Below are positions 51,558-64,000 of a stretch of 64,000 bases of DNA, piece after piece; position 1 is the stretch's first letter, and each line of letters opens with the position of its first letter. The position numbers and the translations under genes are program-made. Origin of the DNA: Selaginella moellendorffii (lineage: Eukaryota; Plantae; Lycopodiophyta). The notes below the pieces were generated by a model. That model saw only the letters and a list, made by a program, of their open reading frames with translations. It made no database searches and was not told the DNA's origin. The stretch covers positions 1,292,841 through 1,356,840 of the forward strand of contig NW_003314304.1 in NCBI RefSeq assembly GCF_000143415.4. Direction: 5' to 3'.

Positions 51558-53987
51558 CTAACAATCAATGACCACATTTTCGCACAGCTTGTCCAAGCCA
51601 TCTTGCCATGGATACTCGGAGTAATTCGCCCCAACATCATAAGTCCGCTTCTCTTCGTCCAAATCCCCAGCCTTTTTTTCCTCTTTCTCAGCGTTGCATT
51701 CATGCTCCTCGACGTGGTGCTTGTAGTTTGCAGTGCTGGATCCAAAGCTGGATGGAGGGAGTGTCTCCTGACGACATCTCTGCGATGTCCGCGAGAAGAC
51801 GTAACTGTTGAAGAGTAAGAAGAGTCCTTTCAGAAACCACAGTAGCATCCCCAGGCAAACGATCCCACCCATGGACGATGTTGCAATCAAGTTTCGCTGC
51901 TGCTTGTGCTCCGGAGGAAGGACCGAAAACCCCGCAGCTCCAAATGCTAGCAGCCCGAAAGTGATGGAGATCGCGAGCGTCAGTCCGGCCGCGAACAAAG
52001 TTCGCTCGATCCGCTTCACCACCTCCTGAATGAAGATGTCCGGCATTGGGAGCACACCTCGAGCTGCTGCTAGCGTGCTGGCCATGGCGAAGAAGAAGGA
52101 CAGGCTGTTGAACCACACGAAGAGCTTGACACCAATCTCGTTGATGTAAACGTACGTCCCCTTGAGGCCACCGGGAGGCTGGAGGAATCCCTGGAAGCTT
52201 ATGCTTGCGATGAGCGCCGCCCCGACGAGGATCGCGTTGAGAGCGTCCACGAAAACTTGGCGATCCCGGTAGAGTATCTCGAGGTAAGCTCGGACGTCTT
52301 CGCGAGAGGAGAGCTCCTTTCGGATATCTGGATGCTGGCGTTCCACCGCGTACCTGTATGGCGACTTTGAGTGACCATCGTCGAGGTTGGCTTTGCATTC
52401 CCGGATCTCACAGAGCTTGGTCACCACATCGTTGTATCCCAGGATGGTTGCCCAGTGCAAAGCCGTTCTCTTCGTGTGGCTTCCCTGCTCGTTGACAATG
52501 TCTCTCCACGCTCGTCGAGTGTCGATGAACTTGACTATCTCTTGCCTCTCCTCGTAGAAGAGCCAGAACGCAAATGGTATGTCCTCCTGGAGCTTTTCGG
52601 CTCTCTTGCCAAAGCGCTCCACGTCCCGGCCTTTGAGCTTGACCCGGAGATCCTCCACATTCCTCTCGAGAAACGTGTTCATGCTCTTGAGGATGTCCGC
52701 CATCTTGTACTTGCAGTGCCTGTGATCCGCGAGAGAAGCCGCGAATTCCATCTTCCCGTGCTGTAGAGCGCTGAGCAATGCCGAGGCCATCTTTCTCTCG
52801 AACAAGCCCGGATCACTTCCATATGTGATGTATCGCTTGAGCAGCTTCATCACCAAGTTGATGCTTTCCTTGTTTCCTCTCTTGGCAGCCCAGTCGACGA
52901 GGTCGGACGCTATCAGCAACCTCTCCAAGTTGGCCGAGTAGTTTTGCTTCTTCTTCTCGATCGCGTAGTCTAGACTTCGATCTAGCCTCTCAATCATGCC
53001 GGAATCCCCGTATCCTATCACGTACCTCACCAAAGAGATTTGCGGGAAAGCTCTTCGATCCAGCAAGCCTTGCTCCATCACAACTCTCAGAAGATCCCGG
53101 ACGTGCTCTCGGCCATGCTCTTCGGCAAGCTCCAGCACGCTCTTCCCAGCTCTATTCTCCGAGAAGACTCGCAATCCTCGCCCCACGCAAGCCTCCACGA
53201 GGAGCCTCACTGCTTCTTTGTCACCTCTCATGGCCGCCCAGTGTAGCGGAGTCCCCTTCTCCACAACGTCGCGGGCTTGCAGCGACGCTCCTCGCGCGAG
53301 CAGCCACTTCATCGCCGCGATCCTGCCGTTCCACGCCGCGTAGTGCAGCGCCGTGAGCCCGGATCGACTGGCGGAATTCACGTCCCGCGGCACTGGAAGG
53401 CGCGCAAAGATGAGCTCCAGAGCGTCGACGGATCCAGACCTGGCGGCGAAGTGTAGCGGCGTGGCACCGGTGTGATCGGCCTGGGAAATCTCCGCGCCGC
53501 GCTGGAGGAGGAGCTCCGCGAGGGCCACATTGCCCTTGCCCAGCGCGTAGTGGAGAGGAACCATTCCATGGCGATTTATGGGACTGGAATTAGGGTTCAT
53601 GCCATTGGCGCCCAAGGCCTGGAGTAGAGCATCGAAGACCGCGACGTCGCCGCCGATCGCCGCGATGTGGAGGGCGGTGTCGCGATCGGAGAGGTCGCCG
53701 CGGAGGATGTCGATGGCGGCATCGCGGCGGAGGAGCGAATTGACGAGGGGGAGATTGCGGAACTCGCTGGCGAGGTGGATGGCGGTGGTGTAGTGATTGT
53801 AGACGTTGTGGATGTCGAAGCCGTCGCGTATGAGCTCCTCGAGCTTGGAATCGATGCTGGATTGGGTGGAATCGGCGCTGGATTGGGTGGAATCGGCGCT
53901 GGATTGATCGCCGGATTGGGTGGAGAGGAGATTGTAGAAGCGGTACTCGAGCGATTCGCCCTTGGTGCGCTCGGCTGGAGGAATCAT
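51558..53987 (-). CDS. Ankyrin-repeat + PGG-domain transmembrane protein (ACD6/ITN1-like), intronless
   Basis: TALHIAA, PLHYAL, TPLHFAA, TALHYAA, TPLHWAA, then LIASISFQGFLQPPGG and four hydrophobic helices. First ATG at 53987; the ORF track opens at GTG 54098. Confidence 0.9.
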   Translation of the reverse strand: MIPPAERTKGESLEYRFYNLLSTQSGDQSSADSTQSSADSTQSSIDSKLEELIRDGFDIHNVYNHYTTAIHLASEFRNLPLVNSLLRRDAAIDILRGDLSDRDTALHIAAIGGDVAVFDALLQALGANGMNPNSSPINRHGMVPLHYALGKGNVALAELLLQRGAEISQADHTGATPLHFAARSGSVDALELIFARLPVPRDVNSASRSGLTALHYAAWNGRIAAMKWLLARGASLQARDVVEKGTPLHWAAMRGDKEAVRLLVEACVGRGLRVFSENRAGKSVLELAEEHGREHVRDLLRVVMEQGLLDRRAFPQISLVRYVIGYGDSGMIERLDRSLDYAIEKKKQNYSANLERLLIASDLVDWAAKRGNKESINLVMKLLKRYITYGSDPGLFERKMASALLSALQHGKMEFAASLADHRHCKYKMADILKSMNTFLERNVEDLRVKLKGRDVERFGKRAEKLQEDIPFAFWLFYEERQEIVKFIDTRRAWRDIVNEQGSHTKRTALHWATILGYNDVVTKLCEIRECKANLDDGHSKSPYRYAVERQHPDIRKELSSREDVRAYLEILYRDRQVFVDALNAILVGAALIASISFQGFLQPPGGLKGTYVYINEIGVKLFVWFNSLSFFFAMASTLAAARGVLPMPDIFIQEVVKRIERTLFAAGLTLAISITFGLLAFGAAGFSVLPPEHKQQRNLIATSSMGGIVCLGMLLWFLKGLFLLFNSYVFSRTSQRCRQETLPPSSFGSSTANYKHHVEEHECNAEKEEKKAGDLDEEKRTYDVGANYSEYPWQDGLDKLCENVVIDC
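53855..53922 (-). repeat. 21-bp coding tandem repeat (QSSADST), about 3 copies
   Basis: gctggattgggtggaatcggc repeated. Confidence 0.85.
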
Positions 53988-55353
53988 CGCATTGATTGTG
54001 AATTTGCGATGGTTTCTCGCAAGGAATTGGAGGAAGAATTCTCTTGAGAGGTTAGAACAATTGGAGTGGTCAATGTCACGCGCTGTAGAAGCTCTCACGA
54101 CTCTTCCATGCTTTGTTTGTTATGTAAAGTAAGAGAATATTCAGGACAAATGCTTCAAACTTTGCAGTAGTTCCATTTGCCTGAAATTAGCTAATGGAAC
54201 TTGGAAGCAATCAATTTTGACCATTTATTTCTATAAATATAAATTACATTATCATAAAATACAAATGCGTTTAGTCATAAAAATATAATATTACCTAAAC
54301 TATTATATATCTTTATTTATGTTAATAAAATAGTTAATATCATAAAAGCTTTCTTTCTTTATTAGCATTTGCAAGAGTGGGATATATTTGAAAAGTTTCA
54401 ATTTTAAGATTTTTTTTATTTTTTAACAACACTAATTGTCATGTTAGTATACAAATTATTAAATTTTACAGATTTTTAAAATAACTAGTAAATTTATTAT
54501 TTTTATTAATACTCCCACAACTTTTATTCATTGAATTGGTCCTCACCTTCACATAAATTTTGTTATAATTACATACTTTCAACCTTTAGTATATACATAT
54601 TTTGGAATTTAATTAAATATAATAACTTTAAACAAATAAAAATAGAATATTTTTATCCCATGATGAAAACATGGCATGTGTGTTGACTAATATTTCAAAA
54701 ATCTATTTAATAATTCATTCAAAAATTTATTTTTAAATTATAGAAATTAATAACCTTTATAAAGTGAAGTGATTCTATTAGTTTTATTTATTTATTTTTA
54801 TTATGAATAGCTACTTCACAACATTAAAAAAAAAGATGTGCACAAAAGCTTACATTCATTGACTTGTAATATAGTCTAACTATATGGTACAAGAATTTTA
54901 ACTTCATAATGAATTATAATTTTGAATAGTTAAAATTAAATATAAATAAGAATGATTTTTTTTAATTTTATGTAATAAATAAGTGTTTAGTATAATGATT
55001 TTTATTATTTTTAATTAATTATAAATAAGTATAAAAATAAGCTTTTAGAATTATATAAATATATATATTTTAAATAACATTTATGTGGCATAGCATATAC
55101 ATCATTTAATGTTTTTTTATATAATCTCAAAATATATACATAAAATATTAAATATATATATTTATAAAAGTTCTAATATCTATATTAGCCAAGCTAGATT
55201 TATTGAGGGGAAGATAGAGGATGGAGGTGATGATCTTTTTGTTGTTCTCAAGTATGAGTTTTACATAAGAATATGTTGTCAATACCTATAAAGGCAAGAA
55301 AAATGATTTTCTTAGGTAATCATTGCTCAATATAAAAAAAATTAGCATTTTAC

Positions 55354-58300
55354 TATAAGACACAAATCTCTAAATCCGAGTCTATGAGGTGGTGGCAAGA
55401 TGAAAATCCAATAAGTATAACATGTTTGAAATAAAAATTCCAACTCAAAAAGTTAAGAGTGGAAGTAGAATTCCCAAAGAAGTGATAAAGGAACAAATAT
55501 GAAGCAATTGGTAAGTGAGTTTTGAAAAGGGATAAAAGAATAACCAATTAGATTTGAGATGGAGTCCGTGGAGTCCAAAGAGTTTAAAATGGAGTTTGAG
55601 ATAAAGTTTGAGACTAGATCCAAGATTGAAATTGAAATTGAAACCAAGATTAAAACTATATTCAAATTTGAATCCAACTCTAAATTTGAGTTTGAGGGTG
55701 AAACCCCAAAGCAATCATCTTCCAGACCTTGGGGAGTTTGGTAAGTCTTTATTAGATAGCAAGGGGAGGACTCTAGTGGAACTAATTCGGCCAAAGAATG
55801 TTAGTGTGACCAAGGAAGGTTACACCTATGTGCTAGGTGATGATATAAACACTAAAGAATCTAAGGCTAGAGTGAATATAAATGGTTAAGTGAAGTGTAC
55901 CTACTGAACCTCATTTTAGCTATATGGTTAAGGCACCCTAATGGTAGAAGGTTGGGGAAGTACTCACGAAGTTTATATTGCACTACAATATTTCGAAATA
56001 TCATCCAAAAGTTTTAGATTGCGGGAAAAGTACCCATGAGACTCACATAGGGCCATGGTGTTCCAAATCGTTATCCCAAAGTCCTAGACTGTGGAAAGGA
56101 AGAGGAGCAATTCTTTGGTGTAATGACCAAGGATACAGTCATGTGGTGAGGAAGTCCCAGAAGACCGTGGGACTTAGTGGTCGGGCATATGGGCCTTGAT
56201 CCAGTGGCAATGTTAGCAAACTCGGTCATGGACAGAAAGGGACTTAGTGGGGACCAGAAAAGGGATATTGGGGAAGGTTATTCCCCATGTCTGCGGGCAT
56301 CTTAAGGATGCTAAGAAGTGGATCTGGGATGATCACTAATGGATGGATGGTGCAGTCTTTGAAAGACAGGATGGTGATGCAAGTGGTGTTAGACCACCGG
56401 TGTGACCAAGGTGAAGGGGCATGGCCTTAGCATAACAAGCCAATATATCAGTGGTACCTTGGGGTGTCGATCATGAGATCGGACACATAGAGCATTTGGA
56501 CCAAATGCAAAGGTTGAGTGGCATAGATGTCATTCTTGGGGTTAGCAAGCCCTAAGTCCTGAATTGGACTTATGGAGGTTGTGAATGGGACTCCTCCAAA
56601 TGGTCAAAGGTGTGGTTAAACGACTAAAATAGAATGAAAAAATTAATTGCTTACAATTTGGTATCAAAGTTGTTCCTTAGTCCGACTTTTATTGGTGCTC
56701 AAGTATATCATCATGGGTGTTGGCATCGGAAGGTCCTAGAAGTGGGCCTATCCTTGAGGAGTAGCAGGTTGAAAAGACATGGCTCTCCACTACAGTTCAT
56801 GTGTGAACTTGTAAGTAAGGTAGTGGATAGAAAAGGGCCAATAATGGAATGACTTTGGGGTCTTGGGAATAGTATAAGATTTTCCTCAAAGAGTTGAAAA
56901 TGTAATCCAGATGAGCATTTGACTTAGCAAACTGGCTAATGTAGTTGTGGTAAACAACTATAGTTGGGATCACGGGAAAGATAGAGACTCCAAAATAATG
57001 AAAGAGTCATAAGATTATCCTCATATAGTTGAGGCTGGTGCTCATAAATTTGAGACTAGAATTAATGACCATGAGAGGTCAAATACGGATTAGGACACGA
57101 GTCCTTGAAATGGTAGCTGGGGCTACCTTAAATGTTGGAACAAACCCAAGGAATTAGGGGTGTACTTAGAGGATGAGTCGGTATTCTCATCATAAGGATA
57201 GATAGTTCTAAGGGGCAAAAGTAGCCCATAGGGAATGGAAAATAATCAAGTGTTAAAATAACACTTGCAAAGATGGTCTTTATAAACAGGACATGAATAC
57301 ACGAAGTTGTATTCTAGCGAATTGACACCTCAAAATAGGACTTTACGGGTCATTGAATTAGCGAAGTCCAAAAATGTTGGATGACTCAAGTAGAGTCAAG
57401 GAATGGTCATAAAGGATTGGTAAAAGCATTTGAATTGAGGTGTGTTGTACCTCACGAAGGATGGGGAAGATCATAAGATCCAAGTATGAGGACAGTGGGT
57501 ATCTCATCGATGGCAGAATGTGCCATACTAAAGTCGGGGGAAAGGTGTTCCTAGAAAAAAGAAACTTTAGCACAAAGTTGTGTATGAACACTATGGTGCC
57601 GTGTTAATTGATAGTTGGTATGATAAACAACTGCTTTGGTCTTGGCAAAGACCTAGACATGAGTGGGAAGTGTTGTAAGGGTAGGCTTGTAAAGCTAATG
57701 GTGTGAAAACACTAAATGTGTCAAAGCATAAGGCCTTGAGGTCAAATTAGCGGGTTCATTAGAACCCCTTCCCAAAAGAATTCTGATGGAAATGGGAATT
57801 GCGTAGCCTAAGCTGGAAGGTCTGTGGTTGGAGTGTGGTAACCCAAATAATAATGAAGGTTTTGCTTAGTTGCTTCATAGTTGTCAAGTCCTACAACTCA
57901 TTACTGGTGACCCCAAGTATCCTAAGACTCTTAACCGATTGTTGATTTTTGAGTTTGGGCCAGTATAGATAGACTGGCTTCGAAATAATTGGTTAAACTG
58001 GTAGAAGGTAACTACTTAAGACTTTTTATTAGGATAAAAAAGTTAGTTATACCTTTAAGGGGGATAAATTGCTTATGTTGCGATATAGTAAGTCAATGTC
58101 GAAAAGGGATTGAAGAACCACTCCTTAGGTTATCGAGTAAGTTCATCCCTATAAATACTTGCTAAAGCATGGTAGAAATTGCAAAGTTATCCTCCTAGTC
58201 TAGAGAAAAATAATTGAAAGAAATATATGAGGCAAAAAACAAGTAGTAAGGGGATAGAATCGAATCATGGAAATCGAAAGGCATAACCAAGGGTGGTTAT

Positions 58301-60797
58301 ACAAGTTGGGAATGGAAAATCAAGTGGGTGTTCGAGCATGTTGTTATTAACAACCGTGATGCCATGGAAAGTCTAAAGTATAAAATTGTCTATATTAGAC
58401 CATATGGCAATTAGAAAGCTTGCGAAAGGAGAGGCTTTAGCAAGGTAAGGGATTAAGTCCCTTCAAAGTTCCCAAAGACAATTCTATATAGCTTAATACT
58501 TAAAAAGCCATGTGTAAATGGTTTATAGAACGCACAAAATCAAAGTGGCGCAACAGAAGCGTGGTCTTGAAGCTTATCATAAGGCAAGGCTATCAAGGTT
58601 GGGGAAGTAGTTCCCAAGTGTTCAAAGGGATGGCTTTGAACAAAAGTTGATGGTCAAGAACTTTCACACTTATGCATGAAACCATGTTACATTAATCGGA
58701 TGACTTGCTAAACAAGATTGGCAAGTCAGGGAAACAAATCCCCTAGTTGAAGATGCTAACTTCAAAAGGGGTGGCTCATGAGGCCGAGCGTGAAGGAGTC
58801 CATACATGATTACAAACTTGTCAAGTAAGAGAACTTGGCAGTGCGGAGGAACTAAATTCCTAAATTGTGATCTATAGCGCACTTTAAGTATAAGTTGGTG
58901 CACCGGCGTAAGGAGTCATACTAAGCATCTTGAATAATACCATTTGTAGATGCATATACGGAAGTTGGGTTTAAGTCCTGACCCTCTAGTGCTTGGGTTC
59001 GAGTCTCAATTCACTAGGGCGTGGTGATGGTTTGGAATATAAGGACACTCATTTTTCGGTGGTCATGGACTCTTAATAAGGAGACTAGTTTGGGCACACC
59101 GCCAAGCAGGGGATGCCCTGGAGTCATGATGCATAGTTAGATTGTTTAATGTGAAAGTTCGGCATATCTAACTTGAACACTTTGGTGCAAGTGGCACTTA
59201 GAACATGGTGAATGAGATGGGGACACCCAGTCTCAGTTACTATGGACCCTTGGTCGGAAGGGCTGGCTCAAGCGCACCACTAAGTGTGGGGGATGCCCTT
59301 GGGGTTATGGTTAACAATTTAAAGGTCTGAAAGACCTAGTACCTATTAGCAAACTTATTAAGGTGTCAAGATAAGATCACTAGGCAATCTTGTGGCTAAA
59401 TAAAGACAAGGTCCTTGTTTGGGTAAGGAATAAAGTTCCTAGTTTAAAATATTGATTTGAACTAATGATAATGGTGTGGCTTAGTCAACGTGACTAAGTG
59501 GGAAGAACACTTAAGGGAAATGAGTTATGTCAATGCGATAGCATAGTGAGTCTAAAGAAAGTAGTCTTTAGGAGAGACCCATGAAAGAGGCATAAAGTTG
59601 GGCTGTAGATGAAGCCCATAGCAAAAAATGCTAAAAAAACCTACTAGGGGTGAGCACCCTTTGGACTTGGTAAAGTGGAGCTTTTGCCATGGAACCGAAA
59701 GAATACCTCAAGGATGAAAGTAGTGATCCTATGTTGCTTGGTGCAACAATTAATGGATAGGAGCAAAAAACTAATGGCTAAGAAAAGAGCCATAGGAACC
59801 ATGGAAAGAAATCCAAATGGCAAAGTTAGGCCAGGAACACCAATGTGTTAGAGGCTAATAGATTGTGGGAAAAGCAATGTGTTTCCAAAGATGGATTCTC
59901 AATTGCTCTAATTTGGTGAAAATGAAAGCTCCAAAGGAGGGAGCAGTAAGGTAGCCAAATGATAGAGTTATAGACAACCTAGCACGAATTATAGTAACTG
60001 GAACTTAGTGCGGTGGCATGAAATAGAAAAGAGGATGGTGGTGCCCTCAAGTAAAGAATTTCCTAGGATGGGGAACTGGAGTTGCACAAAATGTGCAATG
60101 CAAGGTGTTAGAGACACCTAGGAAATTGACTCCGAGAAGTCAAAAGTAAAAGTTCTAAAGTGCAAAGATTATATTAATGGGAATTGAGACTAATTGAGAA
60201 TGAGTAGTGGGATTGAGATAAAAAAGGTGTCTCTAACAAGTTTAGCAAGAACTAAACTAATAAAAGGAGAGAACCACCACAAACGGTCGAATGAGTCTTT
60301 AAGTTAGAGAAGCTATGCTCCTTAGAGGATGGGCAAAGCATGGTGAGCCTTCAGTGTCAAACTATTGATGAATATTAGCTATATGCCAAGGATGGAAAGG
60401 GTAATACATGCTAATATTACTTTATAAAGTAGTTTGTCATTCATTGAGGACATCCAACTTCGTCTATGTGTGGTGGAGTTGTGAGACACAAATCCCTAAG
60501 CCCCAAAGTGGAGTCGAAAGGGTGCCACGTGGTAGTGGCCGAAGCGAAAGCCAAATGAATGTAACACGTCTCTAGAAAAGGGACACAAGAGGTCCAACAC
60601 ATGACACGTGGAAGTGTCCGAGATGGAGTCTGAGATGAACCTAAGATGGACTCGAGATGGAGTCCGAGATGGAGTCCGAGATGGAGTTCGAGATGGACTC
60701 GAGATGAAGTCTGAGATAGATTTGAGATGGAATCCAAAATGGAGGTCGGAGGTGTGGTTAAATGATTAAAGTAGAATGGAAAAATTAGTCGCTTACA
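55354..60797 (+). mobile_element. Decayed gypsy-like LTR retrotransposon: 5' LTR about 55354-56655, PBS 56659-56669, 3' LTR about 60480-60797 (internally deleted)
   Basis: GCTTACA followed by att and TGGTATCAAAG (iMet PBS). Both LTRs share agacacaaatc.ctaa at the start and ggtgtggttaaa...gcttaca at the end. TTGAGGAC...gtggtggagt precedes the TGTGAG start of the 3' LTR. No long ORFs survive. Confidence 0.75.
60618..60745. repeat. 12-bp tandem repeat GAGATGGAGTCC in the LTR; eroded counterpart at about 55550-55695
   Basis: Read directly. Confidence 0.85.
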
Positions 60798-61800
60798 ATA
60801 TGGTCATATGTGAAGTCCCAAATGTTAGTGGGACTTAGTGGATAGGTTTTTATGTTTTGACCCAATAAATGGTCAATGGAAAAAGTGAGCACTACTGTAA
60901 ATGGAAAAAGATTTAATGAGAATAAAAAAAGAAGGGATATTGAAGGATAGTATTTCTTATGTTTTGGGGCATTGTAAGGATGTTAAAATGTGGTTATAGG
61001 ACAACCACTTAGAAATGGATAACACTAATGAGATATTTAAAATAAATATAGCCTTAGCATTTGCATCAATGTTACCATTGAGTGTCCAAAGTATGACTAG
61101 ATATATAAAGCACTTAGATCAAGTATGAAATTAATGTGGATATAAGAACACATTTGAGGGCTAATAAATACCCTAATTTGGGATGAGGATTTATAAAGGT
61201 TGTGAATGACTCTTTTAAGTGGTCAAAAGTGTAATTAAATAACTAAAGTAAAATAAGTCTATTTGCATTCATAGATCACATCATAAGGAGAGAACAATAT
61301 TTATGAGTTTCTTGTGTGCTATTAGTATTTTACCTTTGATTTGGTACATAATTTCAATCATTCTTGCAAGGAATTACTCCAAGAACTAAAAGAACTTTTA
61401 AATGTATTTAGAGTGCAACAAAAGCCTCTTTAGAAACTCAAGTGCTCCCCTAGCTTCTGGTCTAGAGGAATGAATTATTTACGAGAATAAAACAGATTGA
61501 GAGCAAATTTAATAGTGAATTGTACTGCTATGGAAAAATTCATAATTTTTATAGATAATCTTAAAATAATTATAAAATATAAAATATTTATTAACTAAAT
61601 ATCAATCCGTTAAATAGTAGAATATGCTAAAACATCCACGCATATTCTAAGTATATCCTAGGTAGAGTATGATGTGAATGAAGATGCCCGTGTGCGGCAA
61701 GCATGAGAAAAAATTGCGGTTGTTCCCAGGGGCATGGCTCCCAAAAACTCTCAATCACTCACCTCTACATAAACGTGGCTTTGCTATAATATACTCCTAA

Positions 61801-64000
61801 ATGCGATGCTTCTTGAGAACTAGAACCCTAGCGTTGGACGCGCGAGAGCAAGGTAAGGCCCGCGATGCCGAGCTCCTCTCCAAGCTCCGCGCGATCCTCG
61901 TCGGCTCTAGCGCTGCCGCTAGCGCCAGGCCGCCACCGAGCTCCAGCGCCAGCAATCCCGACAATGCGGGGCTCCTGGCGCGGCTCCGGCGGATTCTCAG
62001 CGGGGACAGGGAGGGCGAGAGCACGGAGACGACGAGCATCGGGCTTGTAGCGCATTCGCTGGCCAGGCAGGGCAAGATCGATGAGGCGATCAAGATGTGC
62101 TCGGAGATGGCCAGGAGGGGATGCGTTCCAGAGATTACGGTGCTCAGTGCCTTCCCGGCGGTGAGATTGGGAGCTGGAGCTTGCCTGGTGGATCTTCCGC
62201 GGGGCTGGAGCTCGCGGCAAGAGCTCTCTCCGCATTCCTCGGTGATCAAGGTACTTTGCAAGGCTGGGAAGTTCCAAGAGGCTCACAAGAGCGCTGTGGC
62301 GATGCTGAGACAGGGATTGGTGGTGGAGACTTTGGTGCTCAACACTCTGGTCTATGGACTCTACAAGGCCGGGTTGAGCGACCAGTGCTTCCTGATCCTC
62401 CTGGAGATGGCTTCCAGGGGCAGCTCCCTGGATGTTCTTGCCGGAGAAGAGGATGGTGGAAGCGTCGTCCATAGAATCTGTGGAGCTTTGGATGATTTGA
62501 TCGAGCACAGCGTTTGCCCGGACGTTGTGTTCTACACCACTTTGGTGGATGGGCTTTGCGCGATTGGGAAGATCGAGGAGGCTTATTTCCTCTACAGAAA
62601 CTCGGCAGCCAAGAACGAGTTTAGCGTCTCCACGTGCAATGCGCTCGTTCAAGGTCTCATCGAGCGTGGCCGGGGTGCCGAAGTTTTTCCGCTCGTCCTG
62701 AGCATGGTCAAGAACGGGTTTGCAGTGAAGAACAACGTTCTCGACTCGCTCATCGCGAAGTTTTGCGAGGCAGGGAAGGACGAGATGGTTCTTCCGGGGT
62801 TCTACTCAGCCGACGAGAGTTTGCTGGATCACAAGTCGATGCTTGCGGGGCTCTGTGGCCTGGGGAAAGTCGAGGAAGCGTCTCGGTTCCTGGGTGATAT
62901 GGTCAGAAGGAGTGCTGTTGCGGACACCGACACTCTCAACTTCTTGGTGCTGGAGCTGTGCAAGGCAGTGCTCGAGAGGCCAGAGAACTACAATCTATTC
63001 GATACGATCGTGAGAACTACAACAAGTTCCAGCCTTTGCTCTTCTACCACGTACGAGATACTAGTGGATTTCCTCTACAAGGCGGACAGGATGGAAGACG
63101 TTCACAGACTGGTGAAGAAAATGCTCGACAAGAAGTTCGTGCCGGACAGCAACACGTACAACTCTCTCGTCGTCAAGCTCTGCGAGGAACACAGGGTCGA
63201 CGACGCTTTGGTTCTACTCAAAAGGGCGACCTGCACCGTGAGCACCGCAGCTAGCAACTGTGTTCTTCAGGCGCTATGCAAAAATGGTGGCGGTGTTGAT
63301 GTGGCTCTAAAGTTTGTGGAGTGGATGCGAACCAAAGACCAAGCTCCCGATTCCGCGTCCTGCAATGCTCTGATGGAAAGGCTGATCAAGGAGAAGAAGA
63401 TGGAGCAGGCCTTCTCGTTGTACCACGGGACGATGGTTAAGCAGCGGTTCAAGCTGGACAAAGCCTCGTACGATGCGATTCTAGGTGGCCTCTGGGAGTC
63501 AGGGAAAGAAAACGAAGCTGTCAAGCTTTTCCAGCAGATGGTCCGGAACGGCATTGCACCAGACGCTGCAACAAGCAACATTCTCATCGCTGGCCTCTGC
63601 AAATCCCGGAAAGTTGACGCCGCTCTCAAGATTGCGAGCATCCTGCCGACGATGGGATGCGTCCCCGATCTTGGTGCTTACAAGACACTCCTGGCCGCCC
63701 TTTGCGAGCGAGGCGATCCAGAGCTGGTCAAGAACCTGGTGAAGGATATGAGTGACAATGGACGGCTTCTCGATCTCGACAGCTACAACACGGCTTTTCT
63801 CTGCTTCTCAAGATCCGGCCGGGACGCAGAGATACACAAACTATTTCTCCGGATGATGGAGAAGGGGTGTGAGCCAGCCGACGAAACTTACGAGCTAGTA
63901 TTCGGCAGTCTTTGCACTGCAAACAACCTGGACGGTGCCTGGGAAGCATTACAGGCAGTCATCAAGGCGGGGTTCTTGCCTCTGAGGAAATGCGCATACA
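61801..64000 (+). CDS. P-class PPR protein, truncated by the right edge of the window
   Basis: ATG at 61801 (MRCFLRTRTL) opens a frame in which I saw no stop before the window end; probably missing from the ORF track for that reason. 35-aa repeats such as PDVVFYTTLVDGLCAIGKIEEA and PDAATSNILIAGLCKSRKVDAA. Confidence 0.88.
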   Translation, partial: MRCFLRTRTLALDAREQGKARDAELLSKLRAILVGSSAAASARPPPSSSASNPDNAGLLARLRRILSGDREGESTETTSIGLVAHSLARQGKIDEAIKMCSEMARRGCVPEITVLSAFPAVRLGAGACLVDLPRGWSSRQELSPHSSVIKVLCKAGKFQEAHKSAVAMLRQGLVVETLVLNTLVYGLYKAGLSDQCFLILLEMASRGSSLDVLAGEEDGGSVVHRICGALDDLIEHSVCPDVVFYTTLVDGLCAIGKIEEAYFLYRNSAAKNEFSVSTCNALVQGLIERGRGAEVFPLVLSMVKNGFAVKNNVLDSLIAKFCEAGKDEMVLPGFYSADESLLDHKSMLAGLCGLGKVEEASRFLGDMVRRSAVADTDTLNFLVLELCKAVLERPENYNLFDTIVRTTTSSSLCSSTTYEILVDFLYKADRMEDVHRLVKKMLDKKFVPDSNTYNSLVVKLCEEHRVDDALVLLKRATCTVSTAASNCVLQALCKNGGGVDVALKFVEWMRTKDQAPDSASCNALMERLIKEKKMEQAFSLYHGTMVKQRFKLDKASYDAILGGLWESGKENEAVKLFQQMVRNGIAPDAATSNILIAGLCKSRKVDAALKIASILPTMGCVPDLGAYKTLLAALCERGDPELVKNLVKDMSDNGRLLDLDSYNTAFLCFSRSGRDAEIHKLFLRMMEKGCEPADETYELVFGSLCTANNLDGAWEALQAVIKAGFLPLRKCAY

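Noticed and set aside
54180-55350. AT-rich tract as a Helitron or organellar insertion
   Set aside because: No diagnostic termini or recognisable organellar gene; low complexity only.
61828-62652. 274-aa minus-strand ORF and similar antisense or alternate-frame ORFs over the PPR, ELO and ankyrin genes
   Set aside because: Shadow ORFs of GC-rich coding sequence with no motifs of their own.

Overview
Eukaryotic plant nuclear DNA. Tiny GT-AG introns (about 45-60 nt), very short intergenic gaps and dense SS-type PPR genes suggest the lycophyte Selaginella (inference, not searched). From left to right: the 5' end of an LTR retrotransposon and SINE-like repeats (1-3.85 kb); a tandem segmental duplication (3.85-10.7 kb and 13.84-19.95 kb) carrying a heavily C>T/G>A-mutated 18S rDNA relic, a multi-exon gene that splices into a pseudo-PP2C + acidic linker + degenerate macrodomain fusion, and an intronless GDSL lipase that is frameshifted in copy 2; a tightly packed gene block (PPR, PPR, IPK1, ELO elongase, PPR, PPR); three intronless secreted beta-helix/pectate-lyase-like genes resembling bacterial proteins, one apparently chimeric, interrupted by a tRNA-Leu relic and a TA-flanked TIR element; a broken PPR-DYW gene; then PPR, ATP12, SPC25, TITAN9/Csm1-like, a probably non-catalytic aspartic protease and an ankyrin-PGG gene; a decayed gypsy-like element (55.35-60.8 kb); and a P-class PPR gene running off the right end. 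The two best novelty candidates are the double-pseudoenzyme PP2C-macro fusion and the bacterial-like beta-helix cluster. All family assignments come from motif recognition by eye.
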